A DNA stretch of 63,833 nt, filler included, from Saprolegnia diclina VS20 (taxonomy: Eukaryota): assembly GCF_000281045.1 (NCBI RefSeq). It is 3 parts of one record of this genome, joined end to end, with 100 filler letters (N's around TTAATTAATTAA, not from the genome) between each part and the next. Parts side by side here need not be neighbours in the genome. Positions count along the whole stretch, not along the records: positions 1 to 21,499 come from NW_008246102.1; positions 21,600 to 50,508 come from NW_008246102.1; 1 more part is not named here. The stretch is one strand, 5' to 3'. Shown here one piece after another: positions 12,601 to 24,500 of the stretch. A program made the position numbers and the translations under genes. The stretch's first letter is position 1. Each line of letters starts with the position of its first letter. Below the pieces are notes generated by a model that saw only the letters and a list, made by a program, of their open reading frames with translations, was not told the DNA's origin and did not search any database.

Positions 12601-14651
12601 GCTGCTCCTGGCTCGCGGCGCCGATGTCAACGACGCGACAGTATACATGTCTATTTCACACAGGCAAGGACCTATGGTGGGATGTAGAGAGGCCGCACAC
12701 CGCTGCACGAAGCAGCTCGTCGACGGTTCAAGCATGTTCTGCGCCTCCTTATCGATGCGGGCGCCGACGTCGACGCCCAAGATCACGTACGTCGTCAACG
12801 AGGGTTAGGGTTGCACTGCGGAATTGGCTCACGCGACGTGTGTAGGAAGGCAAGACACCGCTCGTGTGTGCCCTTGGCGCAGCTAGTCTTTCGTGCATCA
12901 CGCAGCTGCTTGCAACCGGGGCCGACGTGCGTCAGCCTGCAATGGTGGCGACGGAATGCAGTCGAGGCTTCTGCCAACGTGCGTCTCTCGATAGGATGGC
13001 ATCACGCCGCTGAAGATCGTCCACGCGAATAAATTTCTCGTCGATGTACTGCCGCTGCTCACGGCCGCTGCGTCGCCAGTACGTCCTGATCGACTTGTTC
13101 ATTGTCATTTTGTTTATATATTTCCATTTTGAAAAAGGAAACTTCCGGAATGCCCACGATATTCTGTGGGGCGTGTGGCAACTGGCACCTTGTCGAAGCC
13201 AAGTGCGCTATCTGTAACTATAATGCGCCGTCGATAGACCGCCAACGGGCAGTGATCCGGCGCCTCGTGCGGCTGCACCACCGGAGTCGTCCCGTCAACT
13301 GGCTGCGGACCTGCACCGCGTGCCATGAGACGAGTATGACGATCGTCGACGACCGTTGCCCGCAGTGCGCCCATACGCCAAAGGACGCGAATCCACTCCG
13401 ACGCCTTTACGTCCGGCTCAAGCTAGCGCTTCGATCGACCGCAACGTGTGCGGTACGCTCTCTCGATCGTCGCCGCCGTCCTTGACAGGTCCGTAGGTTC
13501 CGCGCATGCTCTCGGAGATTCCAAAGAGCGTTCTGCGCTGGTTGACGCACGCGCCACCGCAAAACACGCAGCCGCTGTCGCCGGACGTCGCATTTCTCAA
13601 GTACGACCTCTTGCGATACGAGCAAATGTATCCGGCCGACGCTGACCCCGAGCGCGTCACGGACCTCGTCACGTCACTGGTTAACTCGAGCACCGCGGTC
13701 AGTAGAGATCGAGCCTTGCCTCCTGTGTGGACGTCGGCTGAGAACTGCCAATAGATCGATCGGTCGCTGTGGGCCAGCGCCACGCTGGCGGGGCAAAGCA
13801 TGCTGGTCCGAGCGTCGAGTCCCCTCGTCGCCGACCCCGTGCCCACGGTAGCGACAGCCATTCAACTCAAACAGCACGGATAGACAATATGTGTAGCTGC
13901 CAGTCGCGTGTCTCCTTGCGCCGGGTGTTGTCTTGACGGTGCATGGCCAGGACCTCGTGCATCGTCTCATCAGCAACGAGAGCTACCTCGAGGCCATTGC
14001 CAGGTACCCCATCGACTACAGTGCCGAGTCGTCGACCAACGCATTCGAATCAGATGCCCTTCGCCATTTCTCGAGAGTATTGTGGCGGTCGCACGACCCG
14101 CCAGTGTCCTTGTCCTTGCGCCCACGGGCTTGAGCCTCGCCGACTGGATGCGCGACTCGGGCGACGTAGTTGCCGCAGCTCGGATGCGAGTGCCGATCGC
14201 CATCTGTGTTGCCAAGGCCCTCGCAGATGTCCACGCCCACGGTCTCGTTCACGGGTATCTCACGAGTCATAACGTCTACTGGACTGCGGCGCGGGGCATT
14301 CGAGTCAGTATCCCGGGTGCATCGGCAACCAACGAGGCGCTGCTGGCGTGGACGGCCCCCGAGGTGCTCGCGGGTGACACGCCGCCGTCATTCGCCGCCG
14401 ACATGTATGCGTTTGGCGTTCTCCTAACTGAGCTCGACACGTTTTCGCTGGCGTGCAAAGACGACGATGCGAGTGCGATACCAACGACGGACGTTGCGGG
14501 TGTCCGACCAGCGCTACGTGACGACTGTGACGTGTGGATCCGGTCGCTAGGTCACCAGTGCCTGCAGGCGGACCCGCGTCGTCGCCCCGCAGCTGCTGAA
14601 GTCGTCGAGCAGCTGCACCGGCGCTTTGGCGACGATTTACGCGAGGTCTAA
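6631..14651 (+). CDS. Giant multi-exon ankyrin / tandem kinase protein, copy 1: ANK x~13, kinase 1 (~8510-9263), ANK x~13, kinase 2 (~11478-12337), ANK x~5, double Zn ribbon (~13140-13450), pseudokinase (~13755-14651)
   Basis: Exons read at GT/AG: 6631-6720, 6763-6864, 6912-7010, 7059-7157, 7207-7305, 7349-7447 and onward, each one ankyrin repeat. K1: GRGGYG/VALK/HRDIKTDN/DVG/APE. K2: GVGGYG/VAVK/HRDVKSEN/DLG/APE. Third domain reads HGYLTSHN. A single transcript is inferred. Confidence 0.8.
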
Positions 14652-14749
14652 CCAATCGTATCGATCGAATCTTAGTGTATCGTAGTTGTCTAGTACAGCC
14701 CGAGCAAAGTATTTGAGATCGCAAAAGCTTATTTAGTATCGGTGCTTCA

Positions 14750-15350
14750 ATTGTGCACCACAGAGAGCACCAATTAGCGAGTTTGCGATTTTCAAAATTA
14801 TCCAATACCTTGCTTGTGAATTTCAGCGGGTTTGGTCCTAGCGAGCTCGCGAGAGTTCCGCTAACGAGGTCCAAATGTACTAACTGCGTTCGAGCCGTTC
14901 TACTCGAGCCCGACCCAACTTGTATTCGTCCACGAGACCTCGAAGCGGACGCGATGCGCTTCGACGCCATGCATGGCCCGGACACAGGACGCCTCTACGT
15001 CGAGCTTTCCGTTCTCTCGTGGACAACGCGTGTCAGTCCTCGCCGCCATGAGCTGCGAAGCTTTTGCGGATAAGAGCTCATCGGAGACACGCATAACTGA
15101 GCCAATTCAACAACACCATGATGACCAAGATCACTCCTCCGTCCTTGAACCCGTGGCTGAGGCCTCGCTCTATCTCAATCCTTGACAACGCGCTCATCCA
15201 CATGTACGACAAGCTTAAAGGCGCAGCGCATGCAGAGGGAGCTACGGGTAGTAAGAACGACGATAGTGCAGGGCGCGTCCATCGTGAGCGCCATCATGCA
15301 TGCCATCTTGATGGCTCGAACTGGTCAAGCTCAAGCCTCGATTTACTCTC
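14750..15350 (+). mobile_element. Degenerate Tc1/IS630-type DDE transposase relic
   Basis: Frameshifted fragments VFVHETSK (FxDE), PFSRGQRVSVLAAMS and LNPWLRPRSISILDNALIHMY (DNA.IH) appear in the order of the DDE_3 core; no TIRs identified. Confidence 0.7.
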
Positions 15351-15679
15351 GCTATAAAACTACATATTTTTATATGCTGCATTTCCCAATAAGCCTGTTA
15401 TACGTATAGGTCTAAATATAAATAAGACGATTTGGCTTTTAATTTTTGAATACACGCTTTTGATTGGCTTGTTTCATCAGGAGGAGTCCGATTTACGAGG
15501 CCACGCTCCCAAAAGTATTTTTATTGCACCGTGCAGCTCATCCTCCATCTATCTGCCGCCTGCCTCGATTTAAAAATAAAACGAGCTCGATTAAGCGCCC
15601 TTAATCGAGGGGCATTCCGACGGAAATTTACAATGCATAAAGAAATAGAGTGAGAAGCAAATACCCAGGAATGCACCGC

Positions 15680-15912
15680 GAACGACTTGGATGGTCTTCC
15701 TCGCCTTGCAGTGTTTGGGCGCGATCGTAGACTTGAGTTGCTTGCTCATGGTATGCAAGAGGCATTGGATCTCGAGCGACTCGTGCATGTCAAGTGTCCG
15801 GAACTCGGCAAAGGCTTCAAGCTCAACGACCACGTACGTGGTCATGGCCTCGTCGCCAGCAGCGGCAGCGGCCGTCAGCGCAGTCGGCAAGTGGTCGGCG
15901 CTGCTGCGCCCA
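15680..15912 (-). pseudogene. Degenerate duplicate of the TFIIIC-subunit gene at 5852-6211
   Basis: AAGDEAMTTYVVVELEAFAEF..LD.HE.LEI and H.MSK.LK.TIAPK..KTI.VV align to the intact gene; the central ~110 nt, the start and the stop are lost. Confidence 0.85.
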
Positions 15913-16454
15913 CGGCGGTGGTATCCGGAAAATGGATAGACTTCAGCCAATAGATGATGTTTGTGAAGGTGATTCGTAGAAACGCACCAATGGCGAGCGT
16001 GCCTGAGCATATCAAAGTGCAGCTGAGGCTACTCGAGTATCAGCATTCCCACACGGTAGAGACGCGTCCTGGGAGATCGCATTATGAGCTCTATGGTGCT
16101 GAACGGTCCTCACTCTGGTGTCATGACGGTCCTGTGCACATTGGTTCTGTGCGTGCGATAGCTTCAACCCAGGGAAAGCGACACGATGTATCATTTCCAG
16201 ACAAAAATTCCGAAACTCGTGGGAAATACCGGTACGTGCGCATCGTTGATCATTTGTATCAACATGAACAGCCCAGGGCAGCTGCAACTTCTGTCATGGT
16301 GGCGATGTGCCCAATCAAAATCGCGAAACGGGTATTTAACCTCTTACAACACATACTATCATTTCATAGCAAATGATATACCTCTATAAATCGATTGCTA
16401 GGGTCGTGCTGTCGCGACGCCTCATTGCCTTTTTGACCGCAGACAACCGAGTTG

Positions 16455-19400
16455 ATGTGTCTTGCGGAAGCCGTTGAACGAGGCGATACGGCGGCCGTGG
16501 CCGAGCTCCTCCATGACGGCGCCGATCCCAACAGCCGCAACAAGGTATTTGTGCTTGTTGTAGGTACAGCCCGTCCAGACGCACGCGTCGTGTAGATAGG
16601 TGAGCCTGCGCTCTTCGTCGCAGCGATGGAAGGACATGTTGACATCGCCGAGATGCTCCTCAACGCCGGCGCCACCGTCGACTTGGAGACACCGGTGTGA
16701 TGTACAGTAAAGGACAACTCTCACGATTTTGTGCTAGAGAGGCGCAACAGCGCTCATGATCTCACCCGCCAGTGGCTCTGTCGATCTCGTCAAGTTGCTT
16801 TTGAAGCATGGCGCCAACGTCAACCACAGCAACGGGGTAACCGCGCTGCGGGATCGAACGCCTCTCGCTACAACATTCTGCGCTAGGATGGAACGACACT
16901 GGCTGCTGCAGTGCAGCTCGGCCTCGACGAGATTGTCCAAGTGCTTCTGACTGCAAAAGCCAACGTCAACGACAACAACACCTATGTAATACCCATACTC
17001 AAAATGCATATTGCGCTAACCTTGCTCCACTAGATCAAGGCATCGCCGATCGTGGTGGCAGCGGAGAGAGGCTTGCTAGCCATGGCCTCTCGACTGCTCG
17101 ATGCTGGCGCCAACCTGCATAGCGTCGACAAGGTACGATTTTTTCGTCACAGGGATTTTGTGTCTCTACAATGATATTAGGAGGGGTATGGGGCGGTCTT
17201 TCACGCTGCCAACCGTGGCCACGCCGACATGATTCGCTTTCTCGTCTCCAAGGGAGCTGATCCAAACGCGACTGCACCGGTATGTACCCTATGGTGTTGC
17301 AACATTGATACACTGATACTCTATTTCAGAACGGAGTCGGACCTTTGTACGCTGCTTGCATGCGAGGCCATGTCGCCGCAGTGGCCGCCTTGCTGCAAGC
17401 TGGTGCCAATGTCAACCACCCCGACGCCGTATACTCTTGCACAACATCATAACCGCAGTTCAACCATGGTGTAGGATCCGTGCATCATCCCTGCAGCCTT
17501 CTACGACCGCTCGGAGATCATGTCGCTGCTGCTCAGTCACGGTGTCGACGTGAACGCAGTGGATTTCACGGTAAACAAAGTGTTGACACCCCGCATCACA
17601 TTCGCATTTGTAGTTTGGTGGCACGGCCCTGTATGCAGCGGCCTTTAATGGCCACGCAGACGTCGTGCGTCAGCTAGCGTATGCGAGAGCCGAGCTCGAC
17701 AAACCAGCCAGAGTACGTGTCAATATTACCTACGACGCCAAACTAAATTACCCACAGAATGGGTTGACGCCAGTCATGGTGGCTCGTGACAACCGCGTCC
17801 TACAGGTCCTTCACGACGTACGCACCAAGGTAGTCCAGTAGCTGGAGCTCGATTGGTCATTCGTTCTTCCTGGCTAGAAAATGGAGCTGCTGCATGCAGT
17901 GCGCCACGGCAACCTGGCTGCTGTTCGAGCGCTGCTGGCCGAGGGCTTGAGCGTCAACGAGAGAGACAAGGTACAATCTCAAATCTCGGAGCCGCAACAT
18001 ACAAGCTAGGTTGCCTTATGTTTGACATGGTTTTAGCACGGCAATACGCTCGTTCACTTGGCGCTGCTTGGTCACCACGATGCACTTTTGGCCGAGCTCT
18101 TGAGAGACCCCGCTGTCGACACGAGCTGCGTCAACAAGGTAGTCGCTGTTTCGTATGGTCCATGCTCAAATGCTCTAGTTCCATGAGTCACCTACAGCCA
18201 TTGCCGCCAAGTTGGGGGTCCAGTCTCTCATCGAGAAGCTGCACCAATGCAAGACCAAACCGGTGGTTGAGGTCATCTGAACTCATGGAAATGTCGATTC
18301 TCAAATTGCTGGTGTTGCAGGTGGCGGCTCGCTCGATGGTGCATCTTCAAGAAGTCGGCCGTGGTGGCTACGGCATCGTCTTCAAGGACACGCTCTTTGG
18401 CCAAGAGGTCGCTGTCAAGATGCTTGTGAACAGCAGCAACAAGGCCGAGAACCTCCGCTACGAGATCGAAATTCTCAAAAAGTAGGACGACGACGGAGAC
18501 TTGAACTCACAGTTCGCGTGCATAGCAACCCGTCGCCGTACCTTGTGCGGCTACTTGCGACGGCGGATGCCGCCTCGGATGCGCCGCAGCTCTTCTTTGA
18601 GTACATGGACGGCGGCAACCTCACGTCGTACCTTGAGATGCTGGCCAACGACGAACCTGTGCCCGTGGTATACACGCCCATTGAGATTCTCTGGGTCGTC
18701 GCCAACGCTCTTCACGACCTCCACGCCAAGAACGTCGTCCATCGCGACATCAAGCCCGACAACATCCTCCTCTCATCGGTCCACTACATCAAGGTGGGCG
18801 ACGTCGGTATCGCCAAAGAAGAGTCGAAGTACATGACGACGGGGGCTGGCACCAACAAGTGGCGCGCGCCCGAAGTGCTGACGTCCGGAAGTCGCTACGG
18901 CACACCCGCCGACATTCACTCGTTTGGGATTCTCCTCCGGACGCTGTACCCTAACCCTACCGATGCGAGCACCGAGTGGGCCCAAGCTCTCGCAGCGGAT
19001 TGCACGGCAGTTGACCCATCGCGCCGTCCGACGGCGGCCAAGATCGTCGGTCTATTGCGTCCAATGTTGCAAGCGTACGTCGTGCAGTACTCCTTGTTTG
19101 GTGTTTACACCGGTCTCCATTTACGTAGACAACCGCACCTCGTGCCGTCGATGCATGCCTTTGAGCGAGACCGAGCGGTACTTCGACTTCGGCTGTACAC
19201 ACCATTTGAATCAATGAATCTGGTTAGGCGGGTCTTCAAGTCCTCGAGGCCATTTCGATGCCCTCTGACGTCGAAGACGCGATGCCAGCCATGCCCGCGG
19301 CGCCAATCATGTCCTCGGTTCGTACCTCTTCGCATTCCGACATCGATTGAGCGTCATGCCTCTTGTAGAGAATCGGGCGGCCCCAGAGCTCTCTCACTGT

Positions 19401-21499
19401 ACACCATTCATCTCCGAGGCAGGGTTCTCACAGCCTATGCTGCCAATGTAGCCAGAGGAGGCGCTGCACGCGGCCGTTGAAACCGGCAAGTTCGATGACG
19501 TTCGCGCCTTGCTGGCGAGTGGTGTTCACCCCGACTGCGCAACCAATGTATATCGAGGCATCACGTTTGGTGGGTCATTAATGCATCTGTAGGGGATGGA
19601 AACACCGCTGATGAAAGCGATACATTTTGGCCACAGCGACATTGTGAACTTGTTGCTCGAATACCGTGCTGACGTCAACAGCGCTACCCATGTACGTATT
19701 TTGAAACCGAGAAAGAATGCTCATCGAATGTATAGCTGGGTATGACAGCGTTGCATGCCGCAGCGAGTAGCGGCAGTGACTTCATCAACCAACTGCTCCG
19801 CGTTGAAACCATCAACGTTAATGCAAAGACCAACGTAGGCGGCGGCTGGGGCACTAAGATCTCATTTGCATTTATCTGTGTAGAAGCAACAAACGCCATT
19901 GCATGCTGCGATTGCAGCCGGGCACTTGGCCAATGTCATCACCCTCTTGGACGCGGGCGCCGACCTCGAAGCTGCCTCTGAGGTACTTAGCGCCGTATTT
20001 GAATTACCCCCTCAATGCATGTACTAGGAGATGCAGCGACCGTTGCATTATGTAGCGATGTACGGCGGCAAGGACATTGCAGCCGTCCTTCTCGCGCGCC
20101 ACGCCCGGACCTCGGAGCGCGACAAGGTCATCATTCGGTGGTATGAATATGCAGGGCTTTATTGTTGCGTACTGTAGAGTGGCGACACTGCGCTGCATCT
20201 TGCGATTCGGCACAAGCACGGTGACGTGGCAGCACTCGTCGTCGAGGCCGGAGCCGATATCAGCGCCCTCTCGGTAACGTCTCACGGTCTACATCGCACC
20301 CATCACTGTGATTGTCGAGTAGAAAGGGCAGAGTCCGATGCATAGCGCCTGCCAACATGGTGTCACCGACGTCATCCCGGCCCTGATCGCCCGAGGCGCC
20401 GACGTCAACTCCCAGTTCGTACGTCATTTCGCCGTTATCTCAAGGGCTTGTTGCATTCCACTCGTGTAGAACTTAACGTCGCCGCTGATGATGGCAACTC
20501 ATCACAATCGCGCAGACGTGGTTCGGGCGCTTCTACAGTCACCCGACATTGATATCAACCGGCCCAACGCTGTGAGTATTCCTTCGCTCTTACATAGCTT
20601 CTGAGAGACGTATTTGTGGATAGCATGGGTTCACTGCCTTGCACGTTGCGGCGTCCACGAAGTGTTACGACATCGTTCGGACCCTGCTGCACGCCGGCGT
20701 TGATGTCGACCATCGGGATTTGGTGGTTCGGCTCACTGATGCAACACTTGGTGTTTGATCATTTCTCTAGGCGGGTGTGTGGGCTATTCAATTGGTCAAA
20801 CCAGAGAAAGACCGCGCCATGCTCGACCTGCTTCGGCCTGCATACGAGCACGTACGTCGGAGCCGCCAACCCATAGGAGTGACAACATGTATGTGTGTGT
20901 CGTAGCGAGAGCGGTTGCTGGAAGCGATGCGTTTGGCAGACGTCGGGCGCCTTGCGTATCTTCTGGAGCAGCCCTATAGCTGCAATATCAAGGACAAGGT
21001 GAGTATATTTCTGTCAACAACACTAACGCAACTCTAGCTTGGGTGCTCGCTGGTGCATTTGGCGGTGCTTGCAGATAATGAAGCGATGCTCGACATGCTT
21101 CTCGCCGAGTCCCGCATCCGTTTGGCGACTCTGAACAACGTACGACTGTGACGAACCACATCATTACGCAACGACTTGTCTGCTGTAGGAAAAGAAGACA
21201 CCGCTGACCATTGCCATCGAGCGCGGCTCTACCTCGATGGCCAAAAAGATCTTCGATCGGACGCTCCATTCGGTGGTCGAGGTCTGCACCGTGACTACTT
21301 CCAAGTGCTGACAAAGAATTTGGTAGATCTCGGCCGCCGAGTATGTCGAGACCAAGACGGCGCTTGGCGTCGGTGCCTTTGGTGTCGTCGTCCTTGGCAA
21401 GTACGAAGGGCAAAAGGTTGCCGTCAAGAAGTTCCGACGCGCCGATTATCTCAAGTCGTTCGAGGCCGAAGTCAACGCCCTCCTTGCGTAATACCCAGT
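16455..21499 (+). CDS. Ankyrin / tandem kinase protein, copy 2 (3' part lost in gap)
   Basis: ATG 16455; exons are colinear with copy 1 (13 ANK, kinase 1 at ~18321-19075, 13 ANK); kinase 2 N-lobe GVGAFG/VAVK at ~21330-21490 runs into the N gap. Confidence 0.8.
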
Positions 21500-21599
21500 N
21501 NNNNNNNNNNNNNNNNNNNNNNNNNNNNNNNNNNNNNNNNNNNTTAATTAATTAANNNNNNNNNNNNNNNNNNNNNNNNNNNNNNNNNNNNNNNNNNNN

Positions 21600-24500
21600 G
21601 TTGAGGCGCTTCTCGAGGCCAACGCGAACGTGCATGCGACGACACCGGTGCGCCCGGCCTTCCGCGCACGACGACGAGAACTCATGGAACGTAGGGTAAG
21701 GCCACGGCCTTGGTTTTGGCGGTCGGGAAGGGCCATACCGAGGTCATTGCGCTGCTTTTGACGGCGGGCGCCGATGTCAACCACCGCCTTCCGGTACCAC
21801 CATCTCGATGCACTCTATAAAAGAGGCTCACGAATGCTGCTAGTCAGGAGCAACGGCGTTGATGCTCGCGGCTCACTCAGGCCACGACGCCGTGGTGCAG
21901 CAGCTGCTTGATCGCGGGGCCGATATCGATCTTCACCAATGGGTAGGACGCACTCCCTAGCATCTATCTCAAGCCTATTGCATGTAGAACGCCATGACAC
22001 CACTCATGGCAGCTGCAAGCGCAGGCAGCGTGGCTGTCGCTTCGATACTCCTCGCCGCCAACGCTAACGTCGCCGACCTCGACAAGGTAGTCCTCGGAAC
22101 CGACGATCTCCTTGTCTATGTACCTTCTTTAACGCCGTTACCTAGATGGGTTGCAGCGCGATGCACTATGCGGCCTCAAATGGACATGCAGCCATGCTTC
22201 GCGCTCTCATGAGCGCCGGCGCAAACCTCGACGTCCTCGCGTCGGTACGTCCATGAAGTAGCGATCCTCGCACCTCATGTATCGCTCTAGATGGGGCAGA
22301 CGCCGCTGTACATGGCTGCAGAGAATGGCCATGCTACCGCGATGATGGCTCTGCTTGAGGCTGGTGCAAACGTTCACGCTGGTGTTGCGGTGCGTCTGTG
22401 CTTGTGTGATGGCTCCATGAACGTCACAGTAGGTCGGTGCTTCGAGTCTCATTGTCGCGGCTGCGAATGGTCATCTGGAAGCCGTCGAGTGTCTTCTCGC
22501 CGCCAAAATCGACGTCAACGCCACTTCGGCAACAGTACTTTGTCCGCAGATCCCAACACGATATCAACATGGAATTCCTCTCGAGTAGACGGGGGCGACG
22601 GCGCTGTGCATGGCATCTGCCAACGGCCACGACGCCATCGTCCGCCGACTTGCTTATGCGCGAGCCAACCTCGACCAGCCCGCTTTGGTACCGAACACGA
22701 TCTCATGCAGTGTCTTGGAGCTCAAGTGCGTAGGACGGGTCGACACCGCTATCGCAAGCTATCGCCAACGGCCACGCCCGCGTCGTCGACGTTCTCCAAG
22801 ACGTACGGGACAAGGTACGGGCGCAGATGATGCAACCAGAGGCTCAAGATTCTCTGGGACTAGAAAATGAAGCTGCTGCGCGCTGTGCGCCACGGCGACC
22901 TCGAGACCACCCAAGCCTTTTTGACCGAGGGGCTCAGCGTCAACGAGAATGACGAGGTGGTTAATATTGTCTTGTATCGTTTTTCATTTATAATTGAATA
23001 GCATGGTAATACGCTCGTGCACCTTGCGGTCTTGGGCCAGCACGACGCGCTTCTGGACATTCTCCTGGCGCAAGAGGGTGTTCAGACGACGCCTCTCAAC
23101 AAGGTCTCTCTCTGCGTGTACGAAGTGCTACCCTAACCACTGTGGTACTAGTTTGGGGAGACGCCCATCATGATCGCGATCAAGATGGCCAACGAAACTC
23201 TTGTGACGCAGCTGCATCACGCGCAAGCAACGCCAGCCGTCGAGGTACCATGGTTTCATCGGAAGACATTCTTAACCAGCTCACGTGACGTAGATTTTGG
23301 CAAGCGATGTGATGCGGTTGGGCGAGCTGGGGCGCGGTGGCTACGGCGTTGTGTACAAAGGGTCGCTTCACAACCACGATGTCGCTGTCAAGACCTTGAA
23401 AGATGTACAAGGCGATGCAGCGTCCTTGCGCCGCGAGATGGCCGCCATGGAAGCGTACCTCCGCCTCTGTTCATTCGTGTACGCTCAGGACGTCGCTGCA
23501 TAGGAATGCATCGCCGTACTTGCTGCGGCTGCTGGCGACTGTCGACATTGACTCGACGAACCCGCAGCTCGTGCTCGAGTACATGGACGGCGGCGATCTT
23601 TCGTCGTACCTCGACAAGGTGGCCAACGACCAAGCCGTAGCGGTGGGCTACTCGTCGCTCGAGGTGGCGTGGGTCGTTGCCAACGCTTTGAACGACCTCC
23701 ACGCCAAGGACGTCGTCCATCGCGACATCAAGACCGACAACATCCTCCTCTCCTCGACCCAGTACATCAAGGTGGCTGACGTGGGTATTGCCAAGAAGAA
23801 GACGTCGCTCATGACGACGGGGGCTGGCACCAACAAGTGGATGGCTCCCGAGGTGCTCATATCGGGCAGCAACTACGGCACTCCCGCCGACATGTTCTCG
23901 TTTGGCGTCTTGCTCGAGACGCTCTTCCCCGACATGGCAAGCTACGCCGACGCCGACAACACTCCGTGGTATGCGGCGCTGCACGCGCGATGCAAGGCGA
24001 CGGCACCCGAGACGCGCCCGACGGCGGCCGACGTTGTCCAGCTTCTGCGTCCGGAACTGCAACAGTACGTTGCAGTGATTGATGGCAGGTGACGCATGAT
24101 GGTGCAGGCGACCGGAGCTCATCGTGTCACGTCCTGCCTTTGTCGCCGATCTTGCGGTAGATGGCTTTTTGCTGTGTTCTACCAACTGAGGTTTCATGTA
24201 GAGCGAACAGGTGTCCTCAACACCGACGAACGTCCTCTCTATTGAGTCGAATGCGTCGGCGTCGGCGGGCCCACGACCGGCGATTCGAACGTCCATGGTA
24301 CGCTTTCAATATGGACTTTGCGGCTGCAACTACATCTGTGCTAGGCCGTGGGTGCTGCTATCTCGGACATGACGGTACTTCTACACGACAATATGTTCTC
24401 GTTGCATAGATATAATGTCTGCATAGCCGGAGCAAGCATTCCTCCGCGCTGTTTACAGCGGTGACGTCGATGGCGTCATCGCCCAACTCGACGATGGCGT

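Noticed and set aside
21500..21599. TTAATTAATTAA embedded in Ns (also at 50553-50564)
   Set aside because: Artificial all-frame-stop contig spacer in 100-nt gaps; not biological, and true gap size and adjacency are uncertain.
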